Shown here one piece after another: positions 48,325 through 57,045 of a stretch of 57,541 bases of DNA. Every line of letters starts with the position of its first letter. The first letter of the stretch is position 1. Made by a program: the position numbers and the translations under genes. The notes beneath the pieces are model-generated. The model saw nothing but the letters and a program-made list of their open reading frames with translations, was not told the DNA's origin and ran no database searches. The DNA comes from a virus (lineage: Duplodnaviria; Caudoviricetes): positions 1-57,541 of IMG/VR virus record IMGVR_UViG_3300025128_000038; one strand, given 5' to 3'.

Positions 48325-48774
48325 TTATAGTATCCTCCTACTTAAATATCTTTGCATGGTGTAAGGATCACTTATCTCATAAGGATCATAATCTGTTGGA
48401 ACATTATCTGCTTTACCTTCTTCTTCAAACATCTTTTCAACTTGTCCGTCTTGAAGTACGGCAGAATATCTCCATGATCTTTTACCAAATCCTTTGTTAC
48501 TTTTATCTACTAACATATTTAACTTGTTAGTTAATTCACCATTGCCATCTGGTAATGTTTTAATTTTTTCAATCTTTAAATTATTTGCCCATGCATCCAT
48601 AACAAACTTATCGTTAACAGAAATACAATAGATATCATCTACGTATTGTAACAATTCATCTGCCATTACTTCGTACTCTGGTAAATGTTTAGATGAACAA
48701 GTTGGAGTAAAAGCACCAGGCAATCCAAAGATTACCACTCGTTTATCTTTAAATAATAAATCAAAATTTCCCAT
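48325..48774 (-). CDS. peroxiredoxin (Prx5 family)
   Basis: PGAFTPTCS..HLP, SVND.FVM.AW, PDGNG, RSWRY. Confidence 0.93.
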   Translation of the reverse strand: MGNFDLLFKDKRVVIFGLPGAFTPTCSSKHLPEYEVMADELLQYVDDIYCISVNDKFVMDAWANNLKIEKIKTLPDGNGELTNKLNMLVDKSNKGFGKRSWRYSAVLQDGQVEKMFEEEGKADNVPTDYDPYEISDPYTMQRYLSRRIL

Positions 48775-48794
48775 AATTTTTCTCCTGTATTTGT

Positions 48795-48823
48795 ATTATA
48801 TCAAAATTTTTTAAATCCGTCAA
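48795..48823 (-). promoter_or_regulatory. sigma70 promoter for the replication operon
   Basis: TTGACG-17bp-TATAAT with extended -10 TG. Confidence 0.75.
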
Positions 48824-48828
48824 CACAT

Positions 48829-49221
48829 TTATTTTCCACGTATAGATTTAATTGCTTCCATTTGACTAACCATACTCCCATATACAGGAGAAGATAATCT
48901 TCCCCCCAAATATACAAGGTATCTATGTCGAATATTTCTGTCTTTATTTAGTTTACAGAATTCTTTGTATTCCATTTGATGAGCCTCAAGTTCTTGTTTA
49001 AATCTAAAATTATCATCTGCTAAATATTTTTCCCACCATCCTTCAATGTCATCGCCTTGTTGTTTTTTGTGTACCTCTTCATGAGCGACAAGTTCTGGGC
49101 CAAGTTCTCCACCACCAGGATTATAAATAATATCTCCCCATGCAAATATTTCTCTGCCCGATAAGGTAAACTTTTCTTTTATCTTATCATAGATGGGTGG
49201 AAACTCTTTAACTATTTTCAT
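48829..49221 (-). CDS. HExxH zincin-like protein
   Basis: LVAHEEVHKKQQ..ELEAH. Confidence 0.7.
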   Translation of the reverse strand: MKIVKEFPPIYDKIKEKFTLSGREIFAWGDIIYNPGGGELGPELVAHEEVHKKQQGDDIEGWWEKYLADDNFRFKQELEAHQMEYKEFCKLNKDRNIRHRYLVYLGGRLSSPVYGSMVSQMEAIKSIRGK

Positions 49222-49412
49222 TTTATTCTTTTAAAAAGTAATCTCCACATCCAAGATCTGAATATAGAAACACAAGTAAATACCATAGCAATTCCTGCAC
49301 TATCAGTTAAGGTAGGATACAAACCAAACAAAGGAAGCACAAGTAATTGTAAAAAAGTAGCCAATAAAAATCCACTACCAACATCTATAAAACTTTCTAT
49401 TAAACTTCTCAT
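49218..49412 (-). CDS. small 2-TM membrane protein
   Basis: RSLIES..V..G..FT..SI.R...R.F pattern. Confidence 0.7.
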   Translation of the reverse strand: MRSLIESFIDVGSGFLLATFLQLLVLPLFGLYPTLTDSAGIAMVFTCVSIFRSWMWRLLFKRIK

Positions 49413-49702
49413 GTGTCCTCATCTATTTTTTTATGGATTGATGCGAATACTTTCCGCCCCTCTTCTTTAGTATATTCTTTCATCTTATAAATTCTATGTT
49501 CTCTATTTGTCCAACGCAACCACTTATCAAAGTTCTGTTCGTAACTAACATCATCATTATAAATAAATTTTTCGTCTTGTCCTATATGAAATGTCATTGG
49601 TTTTTTTCTTTTTAAAAATTTACAAGAAAAATTATACCACTCCCAACGTAATAAAAAATTATTCATATCAACAATCCTACTATAAATATAGCTATAAAAC
49701 AA
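49409..49702 (-). CDS. hypothetical protein (start uncertain, perhaps 49597)
   Basis: SYEQNFDKW motif; ATGA overlap downstream. Confidence 0.5.
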   Translation of the reverse strand: MFYSYIYSRIVDMNNFLLRWEWYNFSCKFLKRKKPMTFHIGQDEKFIYNDDVSYEQNFDKWLRWTNREHRIYKMKEYTKEEGRKVFASIHKKIDEDT

Positions 49703-49744
49703 AACAAGTAAATTGCTATGTTAACTATTATACTTTCTATTTTT

Positions 49745-50743
49745 CTATTCATTCTCCAACTCCACTTCTACTTCCATATCTTTTGGAAATTCAATTACAT
49801 TATCTTCTTTAATTTTAAGATCTTTATGTATGTCTGTTTCAAATTCTGAATCAATAATCATTGGCCTACGTGAAGGTGCTTCAGTACACACATCTCTATA
49901 TTTACAACCACCATAATTCCCACAAGCAGTAAAATCTGCAGGATAGTATTGTGTTTTAGCATACTCATTTGCTAAATGCATTTTATGTAAAGCATCTAGA
50001 TACCATTCATCAAGCACTTCATCATTAACTTTGAAGACTGCTCTATCAAATCTAGAAAAATTTACACCAGTTTGCACTGCATCTACAATGAATCCTGCAA
50101 TAGGTAATTTTAATACCCTACGTGCCGCCCATATATATGCATACACTTGATTGTTTGGCATGAAGTTTGCAAAATAATAAGAAGTTAATCCTGCTTTAGT
50201 TGTCTTGGTATCTACAACATATAACTCATCTTCTAATTCAACAACCTTATCTATACGTCCAGAAAATCTTTCTTCAGAATCTAAACCAAACGGCACTTCA
50301 AATCTTTGTTCTAATGCAGGCTCACCATTGGGCATTGTTGCTACTTTTATTACATCATCCCAATATTCTTCTGCTCTCCATACAATTGCACGGAGAGTTG
50401 CTTCCAAACCTCTGGCTTTATCTTCTGATTTTAAAAGCTCTTCCCCAAATTCTAACAAAACTATTTTAATAGCTTCTTGTATAGACTCGTCTTTTGTTTT
50501 ACCATAAAATTTTCCACGATCCAATACTTCAAATCCAACATGAACCGCTGAACCAAAACCTGTAGCTGAAGAATAAATTTTAGATTTATAACCTAAAATA
50601 TTTTGGTAGTTATAATAACGGGGGCACGATGAGAATGCAGATAAGCTTGAAGTATCCCATACCATTTGCTTTGCTTTCCCATTACCTAACCACACATACT
50701 TAGGAAAGTGCGGTGTTTCTATATACCCTATTCCGTCATCCAT
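49745..50743 (-). CDS. PD-(D/E)XK exonuclease (RecB/Cas4-like)
   Basis: CPR, FGSAVH, GRIDKV, VVDTKT, Q...Y and C-terminal C....GC.Y..VC. Confidence 0.85.
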   Translation of the reverse strand: MDDGIGYIETPHFPKYVWLGNGKAKQMVWDTSSLSAFSSCPRYYNYQNILGYKSKIYSSATGFGSAVHVGFEVLDRGKFYGKTKDESIQEAIKIVLLEFGEELLKSEDKARGLEATLRAIVWRAEEYWDDVIKVATMPNGEPALEQRFEVPFGLDSEERFSGRIDKVVELEDELYVVDTKTTKAGLTSYYFANFMPNNQVYAYIWAARRVLKLPIAGFIVDAVQTGVNFSRFDRAVFKVNDEVLDEWYLDALHKMHLANEYAKTQYYPADFTACGNYGGCKYRDVCTEAPSRRPMIIDSEFETDIHKDLKIKEDNVIEFPKDMEVEVELENE

Positions 50744-50744
50744 A

Positions 50745-51515
50745 TTATTTATTTTCCTCTACAGAATCTTTATTTTGTTTAATAGTTTTATTCACTAGTA
50801 GTTCTTCTTCTTCTTTTTCTACATGCCATGCATTCATATTCAAAGCAATTGTTCTTCTCTCACCTTCTCCTCTAAAAGGAAAGACTGTGTGTTGTAACCA
50901 CACTGGAAAGAAATACACTCTTCCTACTTTAGGTTGTAAGGTAAGCGAGTGAGGTGGTCGCAGTCGTGAAGCATCCATTGATGATGTGTTGCCGTAGTTA
51001 AACATTATATAACCGTCGCTACAGCCAGAAGAATCAAATAAAGTGTACCCTGCTTCATTAGGATCGGGTTGTTTTGTTATTTGTTCTGGTACTTTAGTCC
51101 AAGTAGTTGCCGCTAGTCCTGTTAAAGTTTTACAACTATGGTCATGTAGTGGATTATAATCTCCTTCATAACTGTGTACTGACCACATTGCATCTACTGA
51201 CACACTCATTGCTTCTGGATAAAGTTTATTGGTTCCTGTTCTTTCCTTGAAGTAATGTATATATTTATGTCCAAGTTGGCACATCAAATGAGAAAACTTT
51301 TTAACTCTATCATCTCTATGATCCATTGTTAATTGTTGTCCTCCTTGTATTTGCCCAACTAAAGTAGGAGCATGTGAAATCCGCCCCTCTTTTTCTACAA
51401 GATTATCTAGGTAATGATTTAAATCTGATACCATAAACGCAGGAAGCTCTGCTTCCATTAACCAAAACGAAGGAAGAGTGTGCATTTTAAGGTCTACTTT
51501 AATTCCATCACTCAT
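50745..51515 (-). CDS. 2OG-Fe(II) oxygenase-like protein
   Basis: YNPLHDH, FFPVWLQHTVFP, ERRTIALN. Confidence 0.8.
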   Translation of the reverse strand: MSDGIKVDLKMHTLPSFWLMEAELPAFMVSDLNHYLDNLVEKEGRISHAPTLVGQIQGGQQLTMDHRDDRVKKFSHLMCQLGHKYIHYFKERTGTNKLYPEAMSVSVDAMWSVHSYEGDYNPLHDHSCKTLTGLAATTWTKVPEQITKQPDPNEAGYTLFDSSGCSDGYIMFNYGNTSSMDASRLRPPHSLTLQPKVGRVYFFPVWLQHTVFPFRGEGERRTIALNMNAWHVEKEEEELLVNKTIKQNKDSVEENK

Positions 51516-51658
51516 CTTCGTTTACCCTGTCCTCTGTATTTTTTAAAGCTTCTACGCTTGTGTTTATTTTTAGGACGACTTCTTAAGCTGTGTCCTATGC
51601 TTGTTCTTTTCTTCGGGCCTGGCTCATGTGAACTGTATGCCCTATATTTTCTCGCCAT
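51512..51658 (-). CDS. 48-aa highly basic peptide (not in track)
   Basis: GGAGG RBS; KKRTSIG..RPKNKHKRRSFKKYRGQGK; ATGA coupling. Confidence 0.65.
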   Translation of the reverse strand: MARKYRAYSSHEPGPKKRTSIGHSLRSRPKNKHKRRSFKKYRGQGKRR

Positions 51659-51753
51659 AGTTTATTCCTCCATTTGTAAAATTAAAAAACATATTATTAA
51701 TATCAGTATAGCCTTATCTATTTTGTGTGGCGATGGGTTTAGATTCCACCCCA

Positions 51754-51993
51754 TCATACATCTTTCAGAATCATAGAGAGCGGGTCTTGATCAAACTGTT
51801 TTGGTTTTGTTCTCGCCGCTTTTGCTGTTATTCTTTTACCAGATTTTTCCGCCGCTCGGATATTCTCTCTGGTATTTTTTAAGTATTCTATAACTGTGTT
51901 GATACCCTTTTCATTTTCCGCAAGTTCAAGGGGATCCATTTCTAAATATTCAGTAGGAATAATTAGTTCTTCTGTATCATTTGATTGGCTCAT
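51754..51993 (-). CDS. hypothetical protein
   Basis: GAGG RBS; 79 aa. Confidence 0.65.
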   Translation of the reverse strand: MSQSNDTEELIIPTEYLEMDPLELAENEKGINTVIEYLKNTRENIRAAEKSGKRITAKAARTKPKQFDQDPLSMILKDV

Positions 51994-52249
51994 TAGTTGT
52001 TCCTCTCTCTGGTTCTAGTCTTGAGTCTGGTGCTTCAACAGACATCACCACTACATCTGGCAACGTACGTAATGTACATTCGTAATCATCAGAGTAGTAT
52101 GTATTAGTAGGCTTGTCATACCTCATACTTTTAATTAGTTTTTTTATTTCTAATTCGGCATCTACTTTATCCTCTGCCATGACAGCCCAGTGTGTAGTGT
52201 GCATGTGACTAGTCACAATGTTAAATTTTTTCTTTGGTAAATCAACCAT
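51977..52249 (-). CDS. hypothetical protein
   Basis: AAGGAG RBS. Confidence 0.65.
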   Translation of the reverse strand: MVDLPKKKFNIVTSHMHTTHWAVMAEDKVDAELEIKKLIKSMRYDKPTNTYYSDDYECTLRTLPDVVVMSVEAPDSRLEPERGTTNEPIK

Positions 52250-52344
52250 ATTTATCTCCTTATATTAATTTATCGAACGCTACTTCAACCCAGAATTCCA
52301 TGTATGCTATATCAAATAGCAGTTCAAAAGGTTCTAGTATTTTT

Positions 52345-52372
52345 ATTATATCATTTATTAAAGTTATGTCCA
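52345..52372 (-). promoter_or_regulatory. sigma70 promoter
   Basis: TGGACA-16bp-TATAAT with extended -10 TG. Confidence 0.5.
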
Positions 52373-52385
52373 TAGTTTTTTCTCC

Positions 52386-52703
52386 TTAGTGTATTGTTTC
52401 ATCAGGGTCTGGTACAATCTTAACTCCTGTAATTTGTGTAAAGTCAAGAGGGTCAACACCCTTTCCAGCTCTTATCATTTCATCTACTAACGGGCCGATA
52501 GTAGATATGTTAGCTACTGAACCTGCAAATATTCTCAAGGCTCCAGATGAACCCATAGATAACATTAGCATACGAAGACTAACTTCTAACATTGCCCCCA
52601 TTAAAACCCCAGTCTTATATTCCTTTGATAATTCTAAGACCGCAGGTTTTATTTCCTTTACACACTCTTCAAATAGTTTTAAAAATTCTTTATCTTGGAT
52701 CAT
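52386..52703 (-). CDS. hypothetical protein
   Basis: 105 aa, in operon. Confidence 0.6.
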   Translation of the reverse strand: MIQDKEFLKLFEECVKEIKPAVLELSKEYKTGVLMGAMLEVSLRMLMLSMGSSGALRIFAGSVANISTIGPLVDEMIRAGKGVDPLDFTQITGVKIVPDPDETIH

Positions 52704-52878
52704 CTCTACTCTCCACTATTTCAAAATTAACAGAAGAAGGTTTCTCTTTAGTTTTCTTTATGAAATCTTTGTCAATTTTATTTAATAAATTTCTGGCTCG
52801 TCTTAGATCTTCTAGCTTAGTAGCTGATACAATTATGTTTCTATTTCTGTCACTAATTAAATGGTAAGCTTTTGTCAT
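52690..52878 (-). CDS. hypothetical protein
   Basis: AGGAG RBS; ATGA coupling. Confidence 0.6.
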   Translation of the reverse strand: MTKAYHLISDRNRNIIVSATKLEDLRRARNLLNKIDKDFIKKTKEKPSSVNFEIVESRDDPR

Positions 52879-53198
52879 ATAGGTTCTCCTGTAGATTCAT
52901 TTATAAGTTCTAGTTGTTCCGCCTCAAGTGAATGAGTAATGCGTACTCCCTCGTCATCATGTGATATCTTTAAAAGGTTATACTTATTTTCATCCACTTC
53001 AAGATTGTCTTTCATTTGTTCTTTAAAGGCTCTGATATATCTATTGAAACGCATAGCTAAAGCGAATGGTTTCTCATTCTTTATTAATAATGAGGCATTC
53101 TCTGTCTCGGTCTCATCTAAATATTTACTAGCCTTTTCCAAAGCGTTTGAGATATCTATCTGTTGGAATAGGTTGTAAGTTTTCGGGTTGTACGCCAT
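52875..53198 (-). CDS. hypothetical protein
   Basis: AGGAGG RBS before MAYNPK. Confidence 0.6.
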   Translation of the reverse strand: MAYNPKTYNLFQQIDISNALEKASKYLDETETENASLLIKNEKPFALAMRFNRYIRAFKEQMKDNLEVDENKYNLLKISHDDEGVRITHSLEAEQLELINESTGEPI

Positions 53199-53391
53199 TT
53201 GCTTCCTCCTGTTTGTATTCATAATCGTCTATATCATCATTGATACCACGAGCAGATGTATCATTATATGCATCTCCACTGTGATCATCAAATCCGTCCA
53301 GAATAAAGTCGCCATCTTCTGCTACCCATTCTGTTTTCTTTTTCTTCTTGTTGTACTTTGTACCTTTGTAGGTATAATTATTTTGAGGCAT
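53128..53391 (-). CDS. hypothetical protein (basic N-terminus, acidic middle)
   Basis: AGGAG RBS. Confidence 0.55.
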   Translation of the reverse strand: MPQNNYTYKGTKYNKKKKKTEWVAEDGDFILDGFDDHSGDAYNDTSARGINDDIDDYEYKQEEANGVQPENLQPIPTDRYLKRFGKG

Positions 53392-53539
53392 AGTTAACTC
53401 CTATTTTGCTGTGTAAGATGCCGTAAATCCTACGGTTAAAACTACTAGCCATATAATAGCTAGAGGGTTTGGCAATGACATCACGGCTGTCACTATCGTA
53501 TATAAAAAGAATCCTACAATGCCAAGTCCGTAGAATACT

Positions 53540-53956
53540 TTACCACATTCTTCCATGCTTCCACTCTTTCATATTGTCCTTAACAATGATGAAACTGTCA
53601 GACATTTCTAAATTAACCTCATCAGTATAGACATACATAGTTGCTTTAACGTGTAGTTCTTTACTATCTTTGTCATCTGGAATGAGAGATATCGTTACAG
53701 GTTTATACCCTGCTCCTATTTCAAGCCTATCTGTTAGACTCCAAGCGGTAGGGTCAACTTCATATAATTCGCCCTTTATTTTAAAACCTTTCTTCTTTAA
53801 AACAACAACAGGAAATATGCCCTCACCATAATCTAATATGTCAAAGTTGGGGGCAGTATGATACTCGCCTAGATATTTCTGTCCATTTAGGAAACCATGT
53901 AATCTATGCCCCCTCTTCAGTGTGCCATACACAAATAATTTTTGTTTGTCACCCAT
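53540..53956 (-). CDS. gamma-glutamylcyclotransferase (AIG2-like)
   Basis: LFVYGTLKRG, GELYEV, D.LE...Y. Confidence 0.88.
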   Translation of the reverse strand: MGDKQKLFVYGTLKRGHRLHGFLNGQKYLGEYHTAPNFDILDYGEGIFPVVVLKKKGFKIKGELYEVDPTAWSLTDRLEIGAGYKPVTISLIPDDKDSKELHVKATMYVYTDEVNLEMSDSFIIVKDNMKEWKHGRMW

Positions 53957-54103
53957 TAAGTTCGTATGTATTTTGCTATAAGTTGTTTTAATTTATCTTC
54001 CCATATATCTTTCATGTCTTGTGAATTTGAATTGTCTTTTGCGATACGTAAGTTTTTCATTCTTCTTTCCACAGTTACTATGCTTTTATTGTATGGGTGG
54101 TCT

Positions 54104-54481
54104 TCAGCTTTTTTGTAATGCATTTACTTTCTCCGTTATTATTTCTAAAACTTTAGGGTTATCTCTGAATACTGCCATTAACATATTTGTTAAAGTGTTT
54201 ACAACTTGTTCTTCATTATCTTCTTCTTTCAATGCTCCCCCGTCTGCGTTTAAAGAAGATATGTATACACATGCGTGCATGATTTCATGCAATAAAGTAT
54301 TGGCATAATCAATTCCGTCTACTTCTTTTTGTATCTCTATCTTATTCTCTCTTGAGATGTATTGACCCCAACAATCAGTATTAGATTTACGAAAAGAGGG
54401 ATCAACTCTTTCTATTTTAACATCAGCAAAGCCAACTTTTATTTGGTCTAACTCTTTGTTTTTATTGATTCTTTTTGACAT
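54104..54481 (-). CDS. HExxH zincin-like metalloprotein
   Basis: NTLLHEIMHA..EEQVV. Confidence 0.75.
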   Translation of the reverse strand: MSKRINKNKELDQIKVGFADVKIERVDPSFRKSNTDCWGQYISRENKIEIQKEVDGIDYANTLLHEIMHACVYISSLNADGGALKEEDNEEQVVNTLTNMLMAVFRDNPKVLEIITEKVNALQKS

Positions 54482-54497
54482 AGTTATATATCTCTCC

Positions 54498-54926
54498 TTA
54501 AAAAACTAAATTCGTCATTGTGTCTAAAGGAGTATTATACTCTTTTTTTGGCGACGAGTCAATCTTTTTCTTTCTGTCGTCATAAAGTTCTTCGGATATT
54601 TTTCGAGGCATAACAAGAACTCTGCGTCTATACATACGAGCAACAACTCCAAATCTTTTAGCATAATTACTATTGATATATCTCTTATCCTCTAAAGCTT
54701 TGTTGATATGTCTACGAAAATAATACACAGGTTTGTTTCTTTCACTAGCCATTTTACATACGTCTGCTTTACGAGTATAGGTTTCATAGTTAGTTAAATC
54801 TCGGCGTTCTTCTCCGTCATCATCTTCCCAATAATCATAGTGACGAGGCTCAAAAGGTATTAAATCTGCAACAAGAAATGCTTTAGGTAGATTCATTTGT
54901 TTAGCCATGATGTTCATCTTCTGCAA
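54498..54926 (-). CDS. hypothetical protein
   Basis: 142-aa ORF; start uncertain. Confidence 0.6.
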   Translation of the reverse strand: MQKMNIMAKQMNLPKAFLVADLIPFEPRHYDYWEDDDGEERRDLTNYETYTRKADVCKMASERNKPVYYFRRHINKALEDKRYINSNYAKRFGVVARMYRRRVLVMPRKISEELYDDRKKKIDSSPKKEYNTPLDTMTNLVF

Positions 54927-55080
54927 TCATATCATTAAGCACAGTCACTTGGGCTTGTCCATACTTGTCAACGAATTGTTGTCGGGCTTCGTCTATTGTT
55001 ATTACGTCATCATCTATTTCATCAATTAAATGCCAAGAATATTCTTGCATTTCCATTAACCAATTTTTCATTTGTCCCAT
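54901..55080 (-). CDS. 59-aa early protein (not in track)
   Basis: GAGG RBS; MGQMKNWLMEMQE N-terminus. Confidence 0.6.
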   Translation of the reverse strand: MGQMKNWLMEMQEYSWHLIDEIDDDVITIDEARQQFVDKYGQAQVTVLNDMIAEDEHHG

Positions 55081-55081
55081 A

Positions 55082-55303
55082 TTATTTGTCCTCTCTTTCT
55101 AGTTTGTATACCTCAACAGGTATTGTTTTTACAATGTTAACAATTTCTGGCATGTCTTTATGTACTAAGTTTGGGTGTGTTGTATTGTCTACATAGCTGT
55201 TATTAAAACTCATTAACGCAACCATGATAGCAACTATACCCCATGCCCAAACAATACCAAGTGCAAACCATACAATCATAAATTTTTTGAAGCCTACATT
55301 CAT
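55082..55303 (-). CDS. small membrane protein
   Basis: N-terminal TM segment. Confidence 0.55.
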   Translation of the reverse strand: MNVGFKKFMIVWFALGIVWAWGIVAIMVALMSFNNSYVDNTTHPNLVHKDMPEIVNIVKTIPVEVYKLEREDK

Positions 55304-55407
55304 AGTAAACCACCAAAATAAGATACAACATATAAGAGTACACCTATAACTATTATTAACATAGTCTTTGCTAGTATATCTTCATTCATATTTTTCTCCT
55401 ATAAAGT

Positions 55408-55500
55408 GTGGGAGTAGCAAACTGATTAACTAACACAGAATAGTGCTTGGTAATCTCGTTGCCCCCCTTAATTCAAACTAACCGAACTATTCGTAATTAG
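55408..55500 (-). ncRNA. structured RNA/leader downstream of tRNA-Cys
   Basis: UUCG-containing hairpin plus a ~60-nt imperfect hairpin GGGGGGCAA..GAUUA..AGCAC/GUGUU..UAAUC..UUGCUACUCCC. Confidence 0.4.
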
Positions 55501-55533
55501 CTTAAGCATATTTTGAAATATGCTAGGGTGTAT

Positions 55534-55607
55534 TGGAGAGGGTAGTAAGAATCGAACTTACTTACATAGAGTTGCAGTCTATTGCATAGCCAATCTGCCA
55601 TACCCTC
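55534..55607 (-). tRNA. tRNA-Cys (GCA)
   Basis: Full cloverleaf: acceptor GAGGGTA/TACCCTC, anticodon arm ATAGA-CTGCAAC-TCTAT, T arm GTAAG-TTCGATT-CTTAC, U73 discriminator, encoded CCA. Confidence 0.95.
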
Positions 55608-55717
55608 TCAAGTGTGGCAAAATAAACACATAAACCTTTGCCACTTCAGTTCTCTTTGGCTCTTATCTCCTGTACGATTGCGACTTTTTTCACTCGACCA
55701 AATGTGTTTACTGAATA

Positions 55718-55820
55718 TTGTGAGAACGATTGAGTAGCCATACTCAATTTAAAACTACAATGTCTTACCATTGATGTACCTATTGATAAGGTCAACGAAG
55801 GCTTGTACTGTCGTTCTCAA
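55718..55820 (-). ncRNA. candidate multi-branched ncRNA
   Basis: Closing stem TGAGAACG(A)/(T)CGTTCTCA starting at the predicted TSS; three internal hairpins. Confidence 0.5.
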
Positions 55821-55825
55821 TTCCT

Positions 55826-55853
55826 ATTATAACATAATAGAAAATATTTGCAA
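55826..55853 (-). promoter_or_regulatory. sigma70 promoter for the ncRNA/tRNA unit
   Basis: TTGCAA-16bp-TATAAT with extended -10 TG. Confidence 0.65.
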
Positions 55854-55862
55854 TAGTTTTTT

Positions 55863-56074
55863 TACACTACTGAACACCGCTGAAACACCGATAGAACACT
55901 AGACGTTACGATTTTGGGGTAAGCCACCCCTATATCCCTATAATATACGATCATTATTATATATATATTTACTATATATAGTATATATAAGTTAATATAA
56001 TATACAAGAGGGTTTGGACACCTAATATTTTTAAATCGTAGCATATCGTGTTCTTTCGGTGTTCTTTCGGTGTT
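55863..56074. repeat. inverted iteron-like arrays flanking an AT-rich core (origin-like)
   Basis: AACAC(CG) units with 11-bp period at 55873/55884/55895, inverted at 56048-56074; TA-rich core ~55950-56005. Confidence 0.55.
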
Positions 56075-57020
56075 ATGCTTTGACCATGCTATAAATCCAT
56101 TCAGCTATGCCGATTGGATTTTCTTCACACATCTCCATGATTTCTTCAGGCGTTGCACTTACTAAATCTTCGTCTTTGATTTCAGAATAAATACCAGATT
56201 CGTTATAGTATTTTGCATCAATCATTTCTTGAGAAAATGATTCTTGAGTTGTTGGTACTGCTAAATCACTTTGAGATTCTGCATAAGTCCTAGTATTTTT
56301 TGGCTTATCATTGTCATAATCCCAATCAACATAAGAGTTATCCCAATCAGTAGTCCACGAAGTTTTACCATAATGACTGCCATAATTTCCATAGTAATTT
56401 ATAGGTAGTTTCTTGCCTTTCTTGACATCATAATCGTAACCTACACCTCGTTTGATAGAATAGGTATTGGATAACCACCCAACACCAGATACATCTTCAC
56501 CATTTTGAGGATTGATAATTGTAAATTCTTTGGTGTCGCCATCTAAGAATAACATTTTATCTGAGCCAATGATATCGGATATTAACTCTTGCCAATCTTC
56601 ATTGTATAAAAGTTTAGGGTTGTTTATTAATTGAGGTTTCAGAAACCATTTAATAAATTGATGAGTGTCAGATTTACCTTTGTCAATCATAGCCGTAGGT
56701 AAACTTGCTCCGTTATGCATCACCCATAAATCTTTTCCATGTTCTTTTTTATTGAGAACTTGAAATGGGTGTGATAATGCTTTGGTGGTGTCGCCTTGTG
56801 TTGCAAACCTAAAATGAATACCCATAGGAATATTCAATTCTTGATAAGGCACAAATACTTTTTTAACATCATCGAATGTTTTAGGTAAGATTTTGTGTGT
56901 GTGTATTTTACCATTGTTGTAAAACATAACACCAAAACCATCGCTATTATTTTCGTAGGCACATTCCATTAAATCTAAATCAAGATTTTTTGGCTTGTCA
57001 GTTTGTATAATTAAACACAT
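56073..57020 (-). CDS. class II glutamine amidotransferase-like protein
   Basis: N-terminal MC nucleophile, N.DGFG, HFRFATQG, HPF, MHNG, SDT. Confidence 0.88.
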   Translation of the reverse strand: MCLIIQTDKPKNLDLDLMECAYENNSDGFGVMFYNNGKIHTHKILPKTFDDVKKVFVPYQELNIPMGIHFRFATQGDTTKALSHPFQVLNKKEHGKDLWVMHNGASLPTAMIDKGKSDTHQFIKWFLKPQLINNPKLLYNEDWQELISDIIGSDKMLFLDGDTKEFTIINPQNGEDVSGVGWLSNTYSIKRGVGYDYDVKKGKKLPINYYGNYGSHYGKTSWTTDWDNSYVDWDYDNDKPKNTRTYAESQSDLAVPTTQESFSQEMIDAKYYNESGIYSEIKDEDLVSATPEEIMEMCEENPIGIAEWIYSMVKA

Positions 57021-57045
57021 AATTTTATCTCCTTTTCAGTTAAGA

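Noticed and set aside
55534-55607. tRNA as an attP/prophage boundary
   Set aside because: No integrase or host genes in the window; the tRNA is complete and lies in a phage transcription unit
55718-55820. Reading the multi-branched RNA as tRNA-Sec/opal suppressor because a 7-nt loop has central UCA
   Set aside because: Only a 4-bp stem, no U33, no TTCRA T-loop, no D-loop GG and no CCA end; no sign of TGA recoding in the genes
55862-56044. 60-aa ORF from the track
   Set aside because: I/Y-rich translation of the TA-rich repeat region, no RBS
55863-56074. Mini-CRISPR array
   Set aside because: Units are 7-11 bp with no unique spacers; the Cas4-like nuclease at 49745 is a usual phage recombination exonuclease
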